Assembly: GCF_026571515.1 (NCBI RefSeq)
Contig: NW_026867332.1
Span: 62,001-126,000 of the forward strand
Direction: 5' to 3'
DNA: 64,000 nt
DNA from: Ruditapes philippinarum
Lineage: Eukaryota
Both the position numbers and the translations under genes were made by a program. Shown piece by piece: positions 26,017 through 37,658 of this stretch (position 1 is the first letter of the stretch; each line of letters begins with the position of its first letter). A model generated the notes under the pieces. That model had not been told where the DNA came from. It did no database searches and was given only the letters and a program-made list of their open reading frames with translations.

Positions 26017-28829
26017 TGATTTAATATAACTTACTGAGCAAAAACAGATACATGTACATGTATCTAGCAATATTTTAGATTTTTTATACATATATAATTG
26101 AAGCATATATAGCATGTTGTCGGTCTAGGAATTGACATTTGTAATTTTGTATTTATGTATTAGATGCTTATACAAGTCATTTAATCATAAACTTGTTATA
26201 CATGAGACAATTCTCTGATATGTATGATTAACATGTAGATATGTGTAAAACACATAATCATATAAATCTGCGTCATCAACAATGTCATGGTCTCTCTTAA
26301 TCCTCAGTTTGATAATCCCTACAAAAATATTACATTTTTGTGAAAATTGATATGAAAGGACAAACATTAATACTAATTTAACATTGCTGACATTAATGTC
26401 TGACCAATGCATCGATAGATCTATTCGGGACTTCTATGAAATATGTTTTAATATCAGTGATAATGAATTGCAAACAATAAGCAGTATTTGGTTAATTAAA
26501 TTTACGATTTCAGATGACACTTGTAGGGTTTTCTACTGAGTGACACCCGAGTTAACGGGAAGACAGCAAAATTTAATCTTGAATAATATTGCTTGCCTGC
26601 TAAGAACAATCTAAAGTCTTATATCTCATCCTAACTCTTTCTTAGTTTCCATTGTAAAGCTTAAGAGCAAAAAAGTTCTACTTCTACTACATCTACTTCT
26701 TTTGAAATTTTCTATCAGACAATCCAGATTTTTTTAAAAACTTTACGTTAAGTAATATTTGAATACAAAATTGTTTCATACAGTTAGCCATGGATGTATA
26801 TAAATCTGTATTTTTTGATAATCTTAATTAGATTTTCAAAAACTTATAAAATATTCGATTTTTGAAATTGTATTTTTTTCTATAAAAACGTTTCTGAATG
26901 ATTGTAAAATTATATTATGCGAGCAATTGGCAAGTTAAATAAATTAAGAATTGAAGTTATGTGAATGTTAATACTATTTATTACTATCAGATATTAGAAA
27001 TTAGAAAGTTTACGGTCGGAAACAATCCTGTTTTCATTGATAATCTTTTTTTTTCACTTTATAACACGGGCCTTATCAAAGGCCCGTTCCCCTTCACAAT
27101 AGGAGAATACTGGGTGTATTATACCATTTCACAATTACAAATATCAGCTACAACTTGATGAGGTCAGAGCTGTTTAAACAATTCATGTTGAATTATCTCA
27201 AAGTTGTTTTTATAAGAAAAAAGTGGCTTGTTTATTGATTTGATTATCATAGAATTGGGTCAATATTGCGCCGCTTCTTTTCTCAAAATTTCAAGAAATG
27301 TGTTTTGTCTTCTCATATCAAAACTCGCCATTGTGTTTGTAATTCAAATGATCTTTCATCACTATATATGCATATCCATGCGATAAAAGCATAATAAAAG
27401 GTAAAATGAAGTAAAACAGCAGGGAATCAAGCGTCCTTGATTTCATTTTGATAAAACTCAAATAGTTGCCGTTATTTGAGTAAAGAAAGAAACCCTTTTA
27501 TTGGCCTACCAGCATATACATGTATTATCAAATGGTCCTCATCCGAGGGTAGGTGTCTATGAATGATCAATCTCCTGGATTGAACACAATACATTATTGG
27601 AGCAGTACCTCTGGGCGCTTGCAGAAATCATGATCACAAAATAGACAAATATTGTTTTTTTTCGCCGATATTTAATTATTCATTCGTTATCATACATAAA
27701 TCGGTGTGAAAAGATGAATTAGACCTATTAAAATTCATTCCGTTGGGTAAAAAGGCAAGATGTTTGCATTTTATGATTCAAGCGCCCTGCCCGGTATATA
27801 CCGGAATACGGTTTTAAGTGTGGTGCTCCAATCCTTTTTGGCTTGCAGCCGTGTTGGCTTGCACGGCTGCAAGCCATTTCATATGGAAAACTTGTTCCGG
27901 TTAGGTGGTTTCATGCTTACATCTGTTGGTGCATGATTGAACTGGAAACCAGCTCCAATCGGGCCAATCGCAACTTTTCGGCCTTTTCCGTCACTCTTCG
28001 GATTAAAGATAATAGCCGATGTAGTTCCGATTGCAATCGTGACAATTCGGGCGATTCCGTCATACTGCGGAATCAGACGAAGTAATATTACGGAAATCTA
28101 AGCTATTTTAGTTACTTCGGTAATCCCAGTTTGTTTATATAAAAAGGATTTCTATTTTTACTTGATTTATCGGTTTAAATCGTAATAAATTATAAACGAA
28201 ATTGCTCCGTTTCAATTGTTTTTCAAGACGCAAAAGTTAGTTTCTTTTATAATTGTTTTTTTTTTGTCTGTATTAGTTTTATACAATAGAGTAGTATTCC
28301 GTCTTCAAGGGTGGTCCTGCTTACCAAATCACGCATGATCGAGTTATATTTAGATCTACTGAACGCAATTCAACTTCTTGGTGAGGTAATCTAAAAATAG
28401 CCCATGCATATCATTAACCTTGCCACGTGCTAAACTACAGATAGCGCATCGTATTTGTGATCGTGTAACATAGTTGATACATGCTTATTAATTGGTACCA
28501 CGTAACGAAGTATTTTAGTGCATTTACTTGTCTGTAAAGCAAACGAATGATTTCTCTGCGAAAAAGGGGAAATGAAATGTGCACACTTGTTTCCCTTCAG
28601 TATCCACGTTTTACGATTGATTATTTTCTTTATTAGTTTTATACAATAGAGAATAGATGACAAAAAATATTCGTTTTACAAAAAAAAAAACTAAATACCC
28701 TGTATGATATACAAATACCGTAATTCAAAAAAATTGTGATAATAAATTGAAACCAAAAAAAAAAAATTTTAAAGGGTTGGGATGAAGGCACAACTGTGCA
28801 AGCCTTTCCTTTTAAAAGGAAACTTTATT

Positions 28830-29589
28830 TTAGTCTCACCTCAATCTCTGGAATCTCCTGCTTCATTCAAGAATACTGTCAACTTAAGACTGCGTGATCA
28901 TTTTATGCAAAATTGGAGAAGTACAATTAATAATTCCAGTAAATGTCTAAATTACAGGATTTATAAACAGGATTTTTGTTTTGAGCCATACCTCAGCAAG
29001 TTACCTATGAATTTAGCTTTAATTCTCTTTAAATTTAGAAGTATGAATCACAAACTTCCTATTGAAAAAGGAAGGTTTGATGATATTCCAAGAGAACTTC
29101 GAACTTGTAACCTATGTACCAGTAACTCTTTAGGCGACGAATTCCACTATCTTTTTGAATGTTCACATTTAGTTAATACAAGAAAGCTGTATCTTGATAA
29201 ATATTTATATGAACGTCCAAGTGCTTTAAAATTTGAAAAATTAATGAACCATAGTAATAAGGATATCCTTTTGAAACTTGCCATATTTTGCAAAAATATT
29301 ATGTTATTATTTAAATAATGTTAGCTTGTTAGACTTATGTCTTTTCTCTTTGTTTTTTCTCGCTTTTCTCTCTCATCCTCCATTACCAGTCAACTCCGTT
29401 CAATTATTACTGTAATTTTATTACATCATGGAGTTGTATGACCATTTATAATTTGCCATTTTGTAGTATTTTGTTTTTACATATTATTTGCCATTTTGTA
29501 TTATTTTGTATGTATGTACTGTTTTATGTTGTCACATGCCCATATGGGCCCTGACTTATTCAAATAAACCTTGAAACCTTGAAACCTTT
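28830..29589 (+). mobile_element. 5'-truncated non-LTR retrotransposon (RTEX-like): ORF2 C-terminus, 3' UTR and tail
   Basis: ORF 28782-29318 contains FEPYL, FRSMNHKLPIEKGR and the zinc knuckle RTCNLC..LGDEFHYLFEC. It ends in AATAAA followed by (CCTTGAAA)n. Confidence 0.85.
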
Positions 29590-30405
29590 AAACGCAGTGA
29601 TCTCCCCTTATCAATACATCTATCAATATTTTGATATTTATATTTTTTAACTTTTTAATTTATTTTTCATTATTTTGTATACTTTTGATAATTTTTTGAT
29701 AAAATATAACGGACATAGGTAAAAAAAGTTAAAAATAAAACAGAAAGAGAAAAATGACGTTAGATTTTCTATGTAACGGTCTACATTTCAATTTCGACGT
29801 TACGTCATGTGACTTTCATCATCATGTGACGTCTGTGAAGGCAGTGATTACAATTCAGCCAAGGGAGGTAATCACTGTGAGGAGTTTGATGAAAGATGTC
29901 ACCGCTCAAAGCATTTCTATGAGAAATGGATAGTCTGATGGAAGGCAAAACTGGCAACTTTAAACAGTACAAAATATAGGTAGATTAAATTTCCTGATCG
30001 ATTGAACATAACTAGAATCTAACATAACTAGCAACTGCATTTATCTAAATTCAACTGTTCATTTTAGAGAATTATCTTGACGAATCAACATCTTAAACGG
30101 ACAATTTACAGTTTTACATTTGTTAACGCTACAGTACTTTTACAAGTTTATAGCGGTTACAGATCAAAGGTATAGTGACCTTATAGTATATTTTTATGGC
30201 TTTCGTTATCAAACATGATTCATCATCTTTCAAGGTTAAGTTTATTTTTTTACACACCTATAGTTAGCAAAAAAAATACTGGAACGAAATTTCTATTACA
30301 GGTTTTTGGTTATTTTTTTAAAGTATCATTTAACTTTATTTACTTCTTTAGAATAAATAGATATTACATATTTCTATACTTGAAGAACGTTATATTTATT
30401 TGTAG

Positions 30406-31810
30406 ATGGATAGACGACAAATGAATAATATAAAAACTGTGAGTGAATTGGACTCCTGGGCTAAAAGACATGGTTTATCTATATAAAATGACACAGATTA
30501 CAGTCTACGTCGACTCCAGCTTCTTGCAGACAGTATTTCAAAAGAGCTTCCATTATCCTGTGAAGAATGCGGGGCGAAATTTAAACAGAAGTCTAATTTA
30601 CTGAGGCATCAAAGGACAATGCATGGTAAAAGCGACTGCGCTATCTGTCCTTACTGCCAGAAGAAATTTAAAAGACAAGATAATTTAAATCATCATCTTC
30701 GACACCACAAAGAAAACGTTGCACCAATCAATGAATATCAGGGAGAACAAAAACAATCTAAGAAAAGGAAATTATTTACAGAAAATCAGCAGCCATTATT
30801 AACAGCAAAGCAATTAAAGAAATCAGGGGATATTGAGAAGCCATGCAACTGGTGCTCCCACAAGAAGGTTTTGTTACCTGGTAAACCCTTCTGTAAATCA
30901 TGCGGCGACCAGGGTAGGGAATGAAAGTGGTGCCATCGTCCACTGCCAGAAAGGTTCTATAGCATAGGAAATGAAGTCTGCGATTCATGCCACAGACGAC
31001 GAGAAAAGTATATAAAAAGTCAAATTGGTGGGGGACCAACCATAAAAGCTCTCAATGAAACTGCAGAATCTACTACTTTGGAACCTTCCTCAAACAACAA
31101 ATGGGACTTACTTCAGTTTTTAAAAGACAATGACGTCACCATATCAGATATTCTTATGACACGCTTAGAAAGATTGAAAGGTATGAAATGGTTCATGACG
31201 TTATTTGTTAAATTTATCAAATACAATCAAAACAATGAAGCCGTTTATGCTGAACCTGTATTTAGATCCTCTAGCTTTGCATGTACAAATGCTTCTCAAA
31301 TTGAGGATCAAATTGCCGGGGCGTTCCAAGATTTACATAATGGTTACCAAAACTTTGAAAGGGATGGCAGTGGGTGGTCTATTGACACGATTATTAAGCT
31401 TGAGGTCAATACAGCAGAGTATGCACCCTTAGTTGGAAGTAGTTACCTACCTTTACCTAAGAAAGTACAAGATAAAAAAGCTGTATTAAATAAGAAATGA
31501 CGATCAAAAATGCTTCATCTGGTCCATTCTCGCGGCATTGCATCCAGTCACAAACGCAGATCGTGTTAGCCACTATAAGCAGTTTGAACACGAATTAAAT
31601 TTAAATGGTATTGACTATCCTGTACCTATTTCTCAAATTTCAAGGTTTGAAAAACAAAATAACATTTCAATCAATATGTTTGGGTTAGAACGCAACGAAC
31701 TATTTCCTCTTCAAATCACAGATCAAAGAAACATGTCACAACACGTTAATCTCTTACTTTTTTCTAGAGGAGATGTTAGACATTATTGTTTGATTAGAAA
31801 TCTGAGTCTA
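30406..31810 (+). pseudogene. N-terminal part of a Polinton/adintovirus protein-primed DNA polymerase B polyprotein (C2H2 fingers, CxxC clusters, terminal-protein-like region, vOTU-like domain); truncated
   Basis: One frame from ATG 30406 with stops at 30484 and 30922 (the latter at a CxxC Cys position) and a frameshift near 31495. Motifs CEECGAKFKQKSNLLRHQRTMH, CPYCQKKFKRQDNLNHHLRHH, FERDGSGWSI, GSSYLPLP, NDDQKCFIWSILAALHP, FEKQNNISIN, HVNLLL, RHYCLIRNLS. No exonuclease or palm motifs follow. Confidence 0.8.
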
Positions 31811-32421
31811 AAGCACGTCTGTTGGCCACATAAAAATGAATTATGAGCCCATAGTGCTCAAAAGCCACACGTCTCCTTATGACAAAAAAAAGATATGTAT
31901 TTGGGCTCAAGCAAAATAGACCGCTCCCCCCCCGAAGGTTTATTTAAAATAAAGTCCCGAACCCCTTTCAAAAATTGTTTGAATGTATGGGTTTCAGTGT
32001 GCTAATTTTTGGGATTATATATGAATTTGGGATTTAAATAATTTTATGTTAAAAATGGAAATAAATAATTTATCATTTTAAAAAACAAAGTTGTTTTTTT
32101 TCTTTTTAAATTTACCCTTTAAATGAAATTTTGGGATAGATCCCATAGTTTATTACTCTTAACTCCTTTAAGCGACAGGTTTTGTAAAATTTAAAGGTTT
32201 TTTAAATACAGGGAAAAAGGCCCCGCAAAGATGTTTTTTTGTAAAATTTTTTCATCAAAATATAGCTAATAAAAAGATATTAAACAACTTCAACTTTATT
32301 CTGCATTTAAATCCAGGAAAAAATCTATTATATTTAACAGTACATAATTCCGCTCAAACAGTGTCATTTTTCATATCTTATTAACAAATCACGTCTTTGA
32401 AAGAGAACAATATAAGTTTAT

Positions 32422-34086
32422 TTAATCGTCGGTTTCCGAGTCACTAAATTCATCATCACTGTCCTCATGATCATCATCGCTATCATCGCTTTCAGCACCA
32501 TCAGAGTAAAATTCTTCAAGAAATGCCTCAAAATAACTTTTGTATTTTCCCACTGTCAGGCGAACAGCACGTTCGAGTTCCATCTTTTGTAAATATTTCT
32601 CCACAGACTTCATTATTTTGGTATACACATGTCCTCCTCTCAATTTCAGTATATAAGATAGGAGAGTAGTAAACTTTTTCATAAACACATGAATGTCTTC
32701 TTCGCGCAGTTTTTTATTTGCTTTCTCCTCAGCCTCATTCTCAGAAAGTCCTTGTGTTACATATTTCTGTACTTTATCTTGCCATTTTTGAATATTTGTT
32801 TTCTTCGTTAACTCGGCAAGTTCGTTATAGACTTCATTTTCACTATCTTTGTTCGTCGCACTGCTATCTTCATCATAGCCGCATTTTACCCTCTTGGTGG
32901 GTATGACATCTTCGTCTAAAGTTTCACGCTTCAGTGATTCTTGCTCAGGACACCAAAGTTTTACATGATTTTGAAGGTCATGTACGTTTTCAAACATCAC
33001 ACCGCAGTCGTCACAAGCAGGCATTGTCACTTTGTTTGAATAGTCTAGTTTTGGCTCTGTAGGAAATTTCTGATTTTGGTCAGAATTATCTTCTCTGTTG
33101 TGCTCTGGAAAATACGTCCGCACAGTTTGAATGTCTCCTTTTAAATGATGACTTTGATAAGCTGCATTTTCCTTTATACTAAATATATTAGTGCGCATGC
33201 GCATTGCTTCCGATGTGGTTGGTTTTAAGTCTAGAATTAGATATCCGTATGGCTGGCTTACAGCACTGTCAAAAATATCTTATCATTTCTTTAAAATTTG
33301 AGGGGTACATCTGCCTTGCCAGAGTTGCAATGGGCTGCATATCTACCGGGTTATTAAAGAATACCAAGTAATGACAATTTCTGCGCTGTGTTGGATCCTT
33401 ACTCAAATACAAGTTTTGATTTAAGGCAATCACTGATAGATTCCTGTGGTGACTTCCTTCTGTAAATAGGTCTGTAACTCGTTGATCTTTCGCAGTTTCC
33501 GATGCCATATCGTCCAGAATAATAAGATTTCTGATAGTCGTCGTGTCAAGAAATTCATCCTTTTCCAAATGTAAAGGCACTCCTTTGATGAACTCTACTT
33601 TTGTTATGACAGATGCCTTGATTACATCATAGAGCGGCTGCCACCTTTTATACAACCAAATGATTCTTTGTGGTGATGGTTTTATCTTATTGAAGGCTTG
33701 TTGCAGTAACTGAACCACGAAGAAAGTTTTACCTGAAAACATAATACAAAAGCATAAAAAATATTTGATACACCATAACGTGACACAATTCAATTTTGTG
33801 CATTAAAATATTTAGGAAGGATAATAAATAAATAAAGGATAATAAATAAATAAATAAATAAATAAACATACGTACCACTGGATGTGGGTCCCGATACCAT
33901 ACATGTAAATGGATGTTGAAACTTGAACTCTTGCTGCTGCTGCTGCTGCTGCTGTTGCTGCTGGAGTGTATGCATACTGTAGTTCTGCTCTGTATGACTC
34001 TCAATGTTGTTTTGCTGCTGTTGCTGCTGCTGCTTTTGGAGTGTATGCATACTGTAGTTCTGCTCTGTATGACTCTCAATGTTGTT

Positions 34087-34145
<59 letters not shown>

Positions 34146-34192
34146 GTGTATGCATACTGTAGTTCTGCTCTGTATGACTCTCAATGTTGTTT

Positions 34193-34223
<31 letters not shown>

Positions 34224-34320
34224 ACATATACTCTAATTTTGGATGTTTTGTTTTGTAATGTCTTTTTAAGTCCTGTTCCCAAACGTAGTTTTTATCACAT
34301 AAATGACACTGGCAAGTCAT
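32422..34320 (-). pseudogene. Polinton-type A32/FtsK-HerA packaging ATPase, copy 1: two exons, N-terminal C2H2 + polyQ repeats, C-terminal ZnF/helical/acidic extension; one frameshift
   Basis: Exon 1 34320-33876 (MTCQCHLC..RHYKTKH..Qn..FKFQHPFTCMVSGPTSSG), intron 33875-33733, exon 2 33732-32422 (KTFFV..Walker B LIILDD..GSHHRNLS..NQN..RRNCHY..PYGYLILDL..RMRTNIF). Extra base near 33271-33275 relative to copy 2. Confidence 0.85.
33931..34221 (-). repeat. Coding compound minisatellite (CAG)n + NNIESHTEQNYSMHTLQ, 3 units
   Basis: Directly visible in ATPase exon 1, copy 1. Confidence 0.95.
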
Positions 34321-34397
34321 TTTGACGATGTTAACAGGTCCACGGTTCAGAGTGAAATGATTTGAGTTGACACTAAACCGCTTTTATATGTAGATAT

Positions 34398-35516
34398 TTA
34401 GAGATCCTGTAAGTCACTCTCCTTTATCCAGCTGTTGAATTTCCTTGGGTATCCCAACCATTTAACTAACACCTCAGTCAGTCCATTTCTTCTTCGTCGC
34501 TTTAATACTTTTTCCACTTTGAAAATATCATCACGACTTTTCTGCACCTTTTGTAGTTCACTGGAATAGAATGTTCCTTCCACTGAATCTCCATCATAAT
34601 CCACAACTTTGTATATTGCAATTCCTTACCGCAGATATCTCCTTTTTATTATGAAAATTTCTTCTGTCCATTTTTGCTGGTAATCTCGCTGAAATGTACG
34701 TCTGTTGCTGGAAAGTCTGACAAAGTCACCAACTTTGAATTTGAATGGCTTTGATCGTTGATGCTTTCTTTTCTTGCTCTGTGGTTTTAAAGAATCGACA
34801 TAAAGCCGCTTCCATATGGTGGCTTCATTGTTTGCAGTAACTTCATTTGGTAATTTCCCTCTCAAAGAAGAATGCGGTCTTGAGTTGTAGTTCCTGACTA
34901 AATCAGGTAAAATATCAAGATAATTGTATGTGCGTTTATGCGTGAAATATCTGTACATCAACGACTTCAAACTGCGTATCAATCTCTCGGCATAGTTAGC
35001 GTGTGTTATATTATGAGTGACGAAGTGATGGATTCCTTGTTTGTTGAGAAATGATCTCACCCATCTGTTTTTCCATTCGCTACCTGGGTCTGTTCTCACT
35101 TCTTTCGGCTTGCGTCCTGACTGTAATATCTCTTTAAAGCCATCTATTATAGAATATCATGTTGTTTATTCTTCAGTGGAACCACCCATGCATAACGAGA
35201 AAAAACGTCAATGGCAACGAATAAATATCTAATTTGGTCATTTTCTTTTGCTAAACTGGATACATCTGCCAGGTCAATGTCCCAAAGAAAATCTAGGCCT
35301 TGTGATATTACTTTTCTTGTCTTAAATTTATAACGCATTGGTCTCTGTAAACTGCATGTAAGCATCCACATTCTGCAACCACTGTCTTATAGCGTGAATA
35401 CCAACTTTGTATTTACCTTCCTTCTTCAAGAATTTGTAAATTTTTTCAGGTCCTGCATAACTTATAGGACTGTTCAAGTCAAAGTAAATATTTTGCAAGT
35501 GATCTTTCCAACTCAT
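34398..35516 (-). pseudogene. Polinton retroviral-like (rve, DDE) integrase with C-terminal chromodomain, copy 1, disrupted
   Basis: MSWKDHLQNIYFD..LWDIDLAD..IDVFSRYAWVVPLKNK..RTDPGSE..YAERLIRSLK..YNSRPHSSL..FKVGDFVRLS..WTEEIF..FYSSELQKV, then chromodomain VEKVLKRR..LVKWLGYPRKFNSWI. Frameshifts near 35355 and 35155; nonsense codon at 34626. Confidence 0.92.
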
Positions 35517-35678
35517 TTTCATAAAATGACAAGATATTAAAAATGCACTCGCATTATATGAGGATAAAGTTACACTCCTTATATAAACATTTACATCATG
35601 TCGTGAAATAGTTAACAAGTTATTTTGAATTATCTGATGTTTTCTTCACCTGCTACAATAAAGTGAAGTACCTATTGA

Positions 35679-35802
35679 CTGGGATATCGTATGTCCCAGC
35701 TATTGATAAGTTTACATGTTTAAACTTGTTTGTCTAAAACTGGGACATACGATAAGGGGTTATCGTACATCCCAGTCTAAAATTAGCACTTACTGGGAAC
35801 CC
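35679..35802. repeat. Inverted-repeat cassette or candidate element terminus upstream of the integrase (second copy 39102-39225)
   Basis: TATCGTATGTCCCAG (35685-35699), its exact reverse complement (35740-35754) and TATCGTACATCCCAG (35761-35775); ends CTTACTGGGAACCC followed by TTA. Confidence 0.75.
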
Positions 35803-35825
35803 TTAGTGCGGAAACAGAATATGTG

Positions 35826-37525
35826 TCATCCATCATGCAGCAGAGCTATCATTTTAGAGTAAAATTCTTCAAGAAATGACTCAAAATAACTTTTGTATTT
35901 TCCCACTGTCAGGCGAATAGCACGTTCGAGTTCCATCTTTTGTAAATATTTCTCCACAGACTTCATTATTTTGGTATACACATGTCCTCCTCTCAATTTC
36001 AGTATATAAGATAGGAGAGTAGTAAACTTTTTCATAAACACATGAATGTCTTCTTCGCGCAGTTTTTTATTTGCTTTCTCCTCAGCCTCATTCTCAGAAA
36101 GTCCTTGTGTTACATATTTCTGTACTTTATCTTGCCATTTTTGAATATTTGTTTTCTTCGTTAACTCGGCAAGTTCGTTATAGACTTCATTTTCACTATC
36201 TTTGTTCGTCGCACTGCTATCTTCATCATAGCCGCATTTTACCCTCTTGGTGGGTATGACATCTTCGTCTAAAGTTTCACGCTTCAGTGATTCTTGCTCA
36301 GGACACAAAAGTTTTACATGATTTTGAAGGTCATGTACGTTTTCAAACATCACACCGCAGTCGTCACAAGCAGGCATTGTCACTTTGTTTGAATAGTCTA
36401 GTTTTGGCTCTGTAGGAAATTTCTGATTTTGGTCAGAATTATCTTCTCTGTTGTGCTCTGGAAAATACGTCCGCACAGTTTGAATGTCTCCTTTTAAATG
36501 ATGACTTTGATAAGCTGCATTTTCCTTTATACTAAATATATTAGTGCGCATGCGCATTGCTTCCGATGTGGTTGGTTTTAAGTCTAGAATTAGATATCCG
36601 TATGGCTGGCTTACAGCACTGTCAAAATATCTTATCATTTCTTTAAAATTTGAGGGGTACATCTGCCTTGCCAGAGTTGCAATGGGCTGCATATCTACCG
36701 GGTTATTAAAGAATACCAAGTAATGACAATTTCTGCGCTGTGTTGGATCCTTACTCAAATACAAGTTTTGATTTAAGGCAATCACTGATAGATTCCTGTG
36801 GTGACTTCCTTCTGTAAATAGGTCTGTAACTCGTTGATCTTTCGCAGTTTCCGATGCCATATCGTCCAGAATAATAAGATTTCTGATAGTCGTGTCAAGA
36901 AATTCATCCTTTTCCAAATGTAAAGGCACTCCTTTGATGAACTCTACTTTTGTTATGACAGATGCCTTGATTACATCATAGAGCGGCTGCCACCTTTTAT
37001 ACAAACAAATGATTCTTTGTGGTGATGGTTTTATCTTATTGAAGGCTTGTTGCAGTAACTGAAACACGAAGAAAGTTTTACCTGAAAACATAATACAAAA
37101 GCATAAAAAATATTTGATACACCATAACGTGACACAATTCAATTTTGTGCATTAAAATATTTAGGAAGGATAATAGATAAATAAAGGATAATAAATAAAT
37201 AAATAAATAAATAAACATACGTACCACTGGATGTGGGTCCCGATACCATACATGTAAATGGATGTTGAAACTTGAACTCTTGCTGCTGCTGCTGCTGCTG
37301 CTGCTGTTGCTGCTGGAGTGTATGCATACTGTAGTTCTGCTCTGTATGACTCTCAATGTTGTTTTGCTGCTGCTGCTGCTGCTGCTGCTGCTTTTGGAGT
37401 GTATGCATACTGTAGTTCTGCTCTGTATGACTCTCAATGTTGTTTTGCTGCTGCTGCTGCTGCTGCTGCTGCTTTTGGAGTGTATGCATACTGTAGTTCT
37501 GCTCTGTATGACTCTCAATGTTGTT

Positions 37526-37563
<38 letters not shown>

Positions 37564-37623
37564 TGCTGCTGCTGGAGTGTATGTATACTGTAGTTCTGCT
37601 CTGTATGACTCTCAATGTTGTTT

Positions 37624-37658
<35 letters not shown>

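Noticed and set aside
29750-29880. CATCATCAT and TGACGT motifs suggesting an adenovirus-like ITR for the Polinton
   Set aside because: No inverted partner at the right end, and host paralogous flank (29913-30054) separates it from the Polinton genes.
30922-30924. In-frame TGA at a Cys position, suggesting selenocysteine
   Set aside because: The same frame has a TAA at 30484 and a frameshift, and no SECIS was seen. Decay is the simpler explanation.
33733-33793. ORF-track N-terminus MNCVTLWCIKYFLCFCIMFS of the ATPase (also 37082-37142)
   Set aside because: Intron sequence upstream of the acceptor; using it leaves the P-loop incomplete.
33729-34325. Poly-Ser, poly-Leu and poly-Ala ORFs (also poly-Cys at 37078-37760)
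   Set aside because: Alternative-frame and antisense readings of the CAG array. Only the polyQ frame links the C2H2 finger to the ATPase Walker A.
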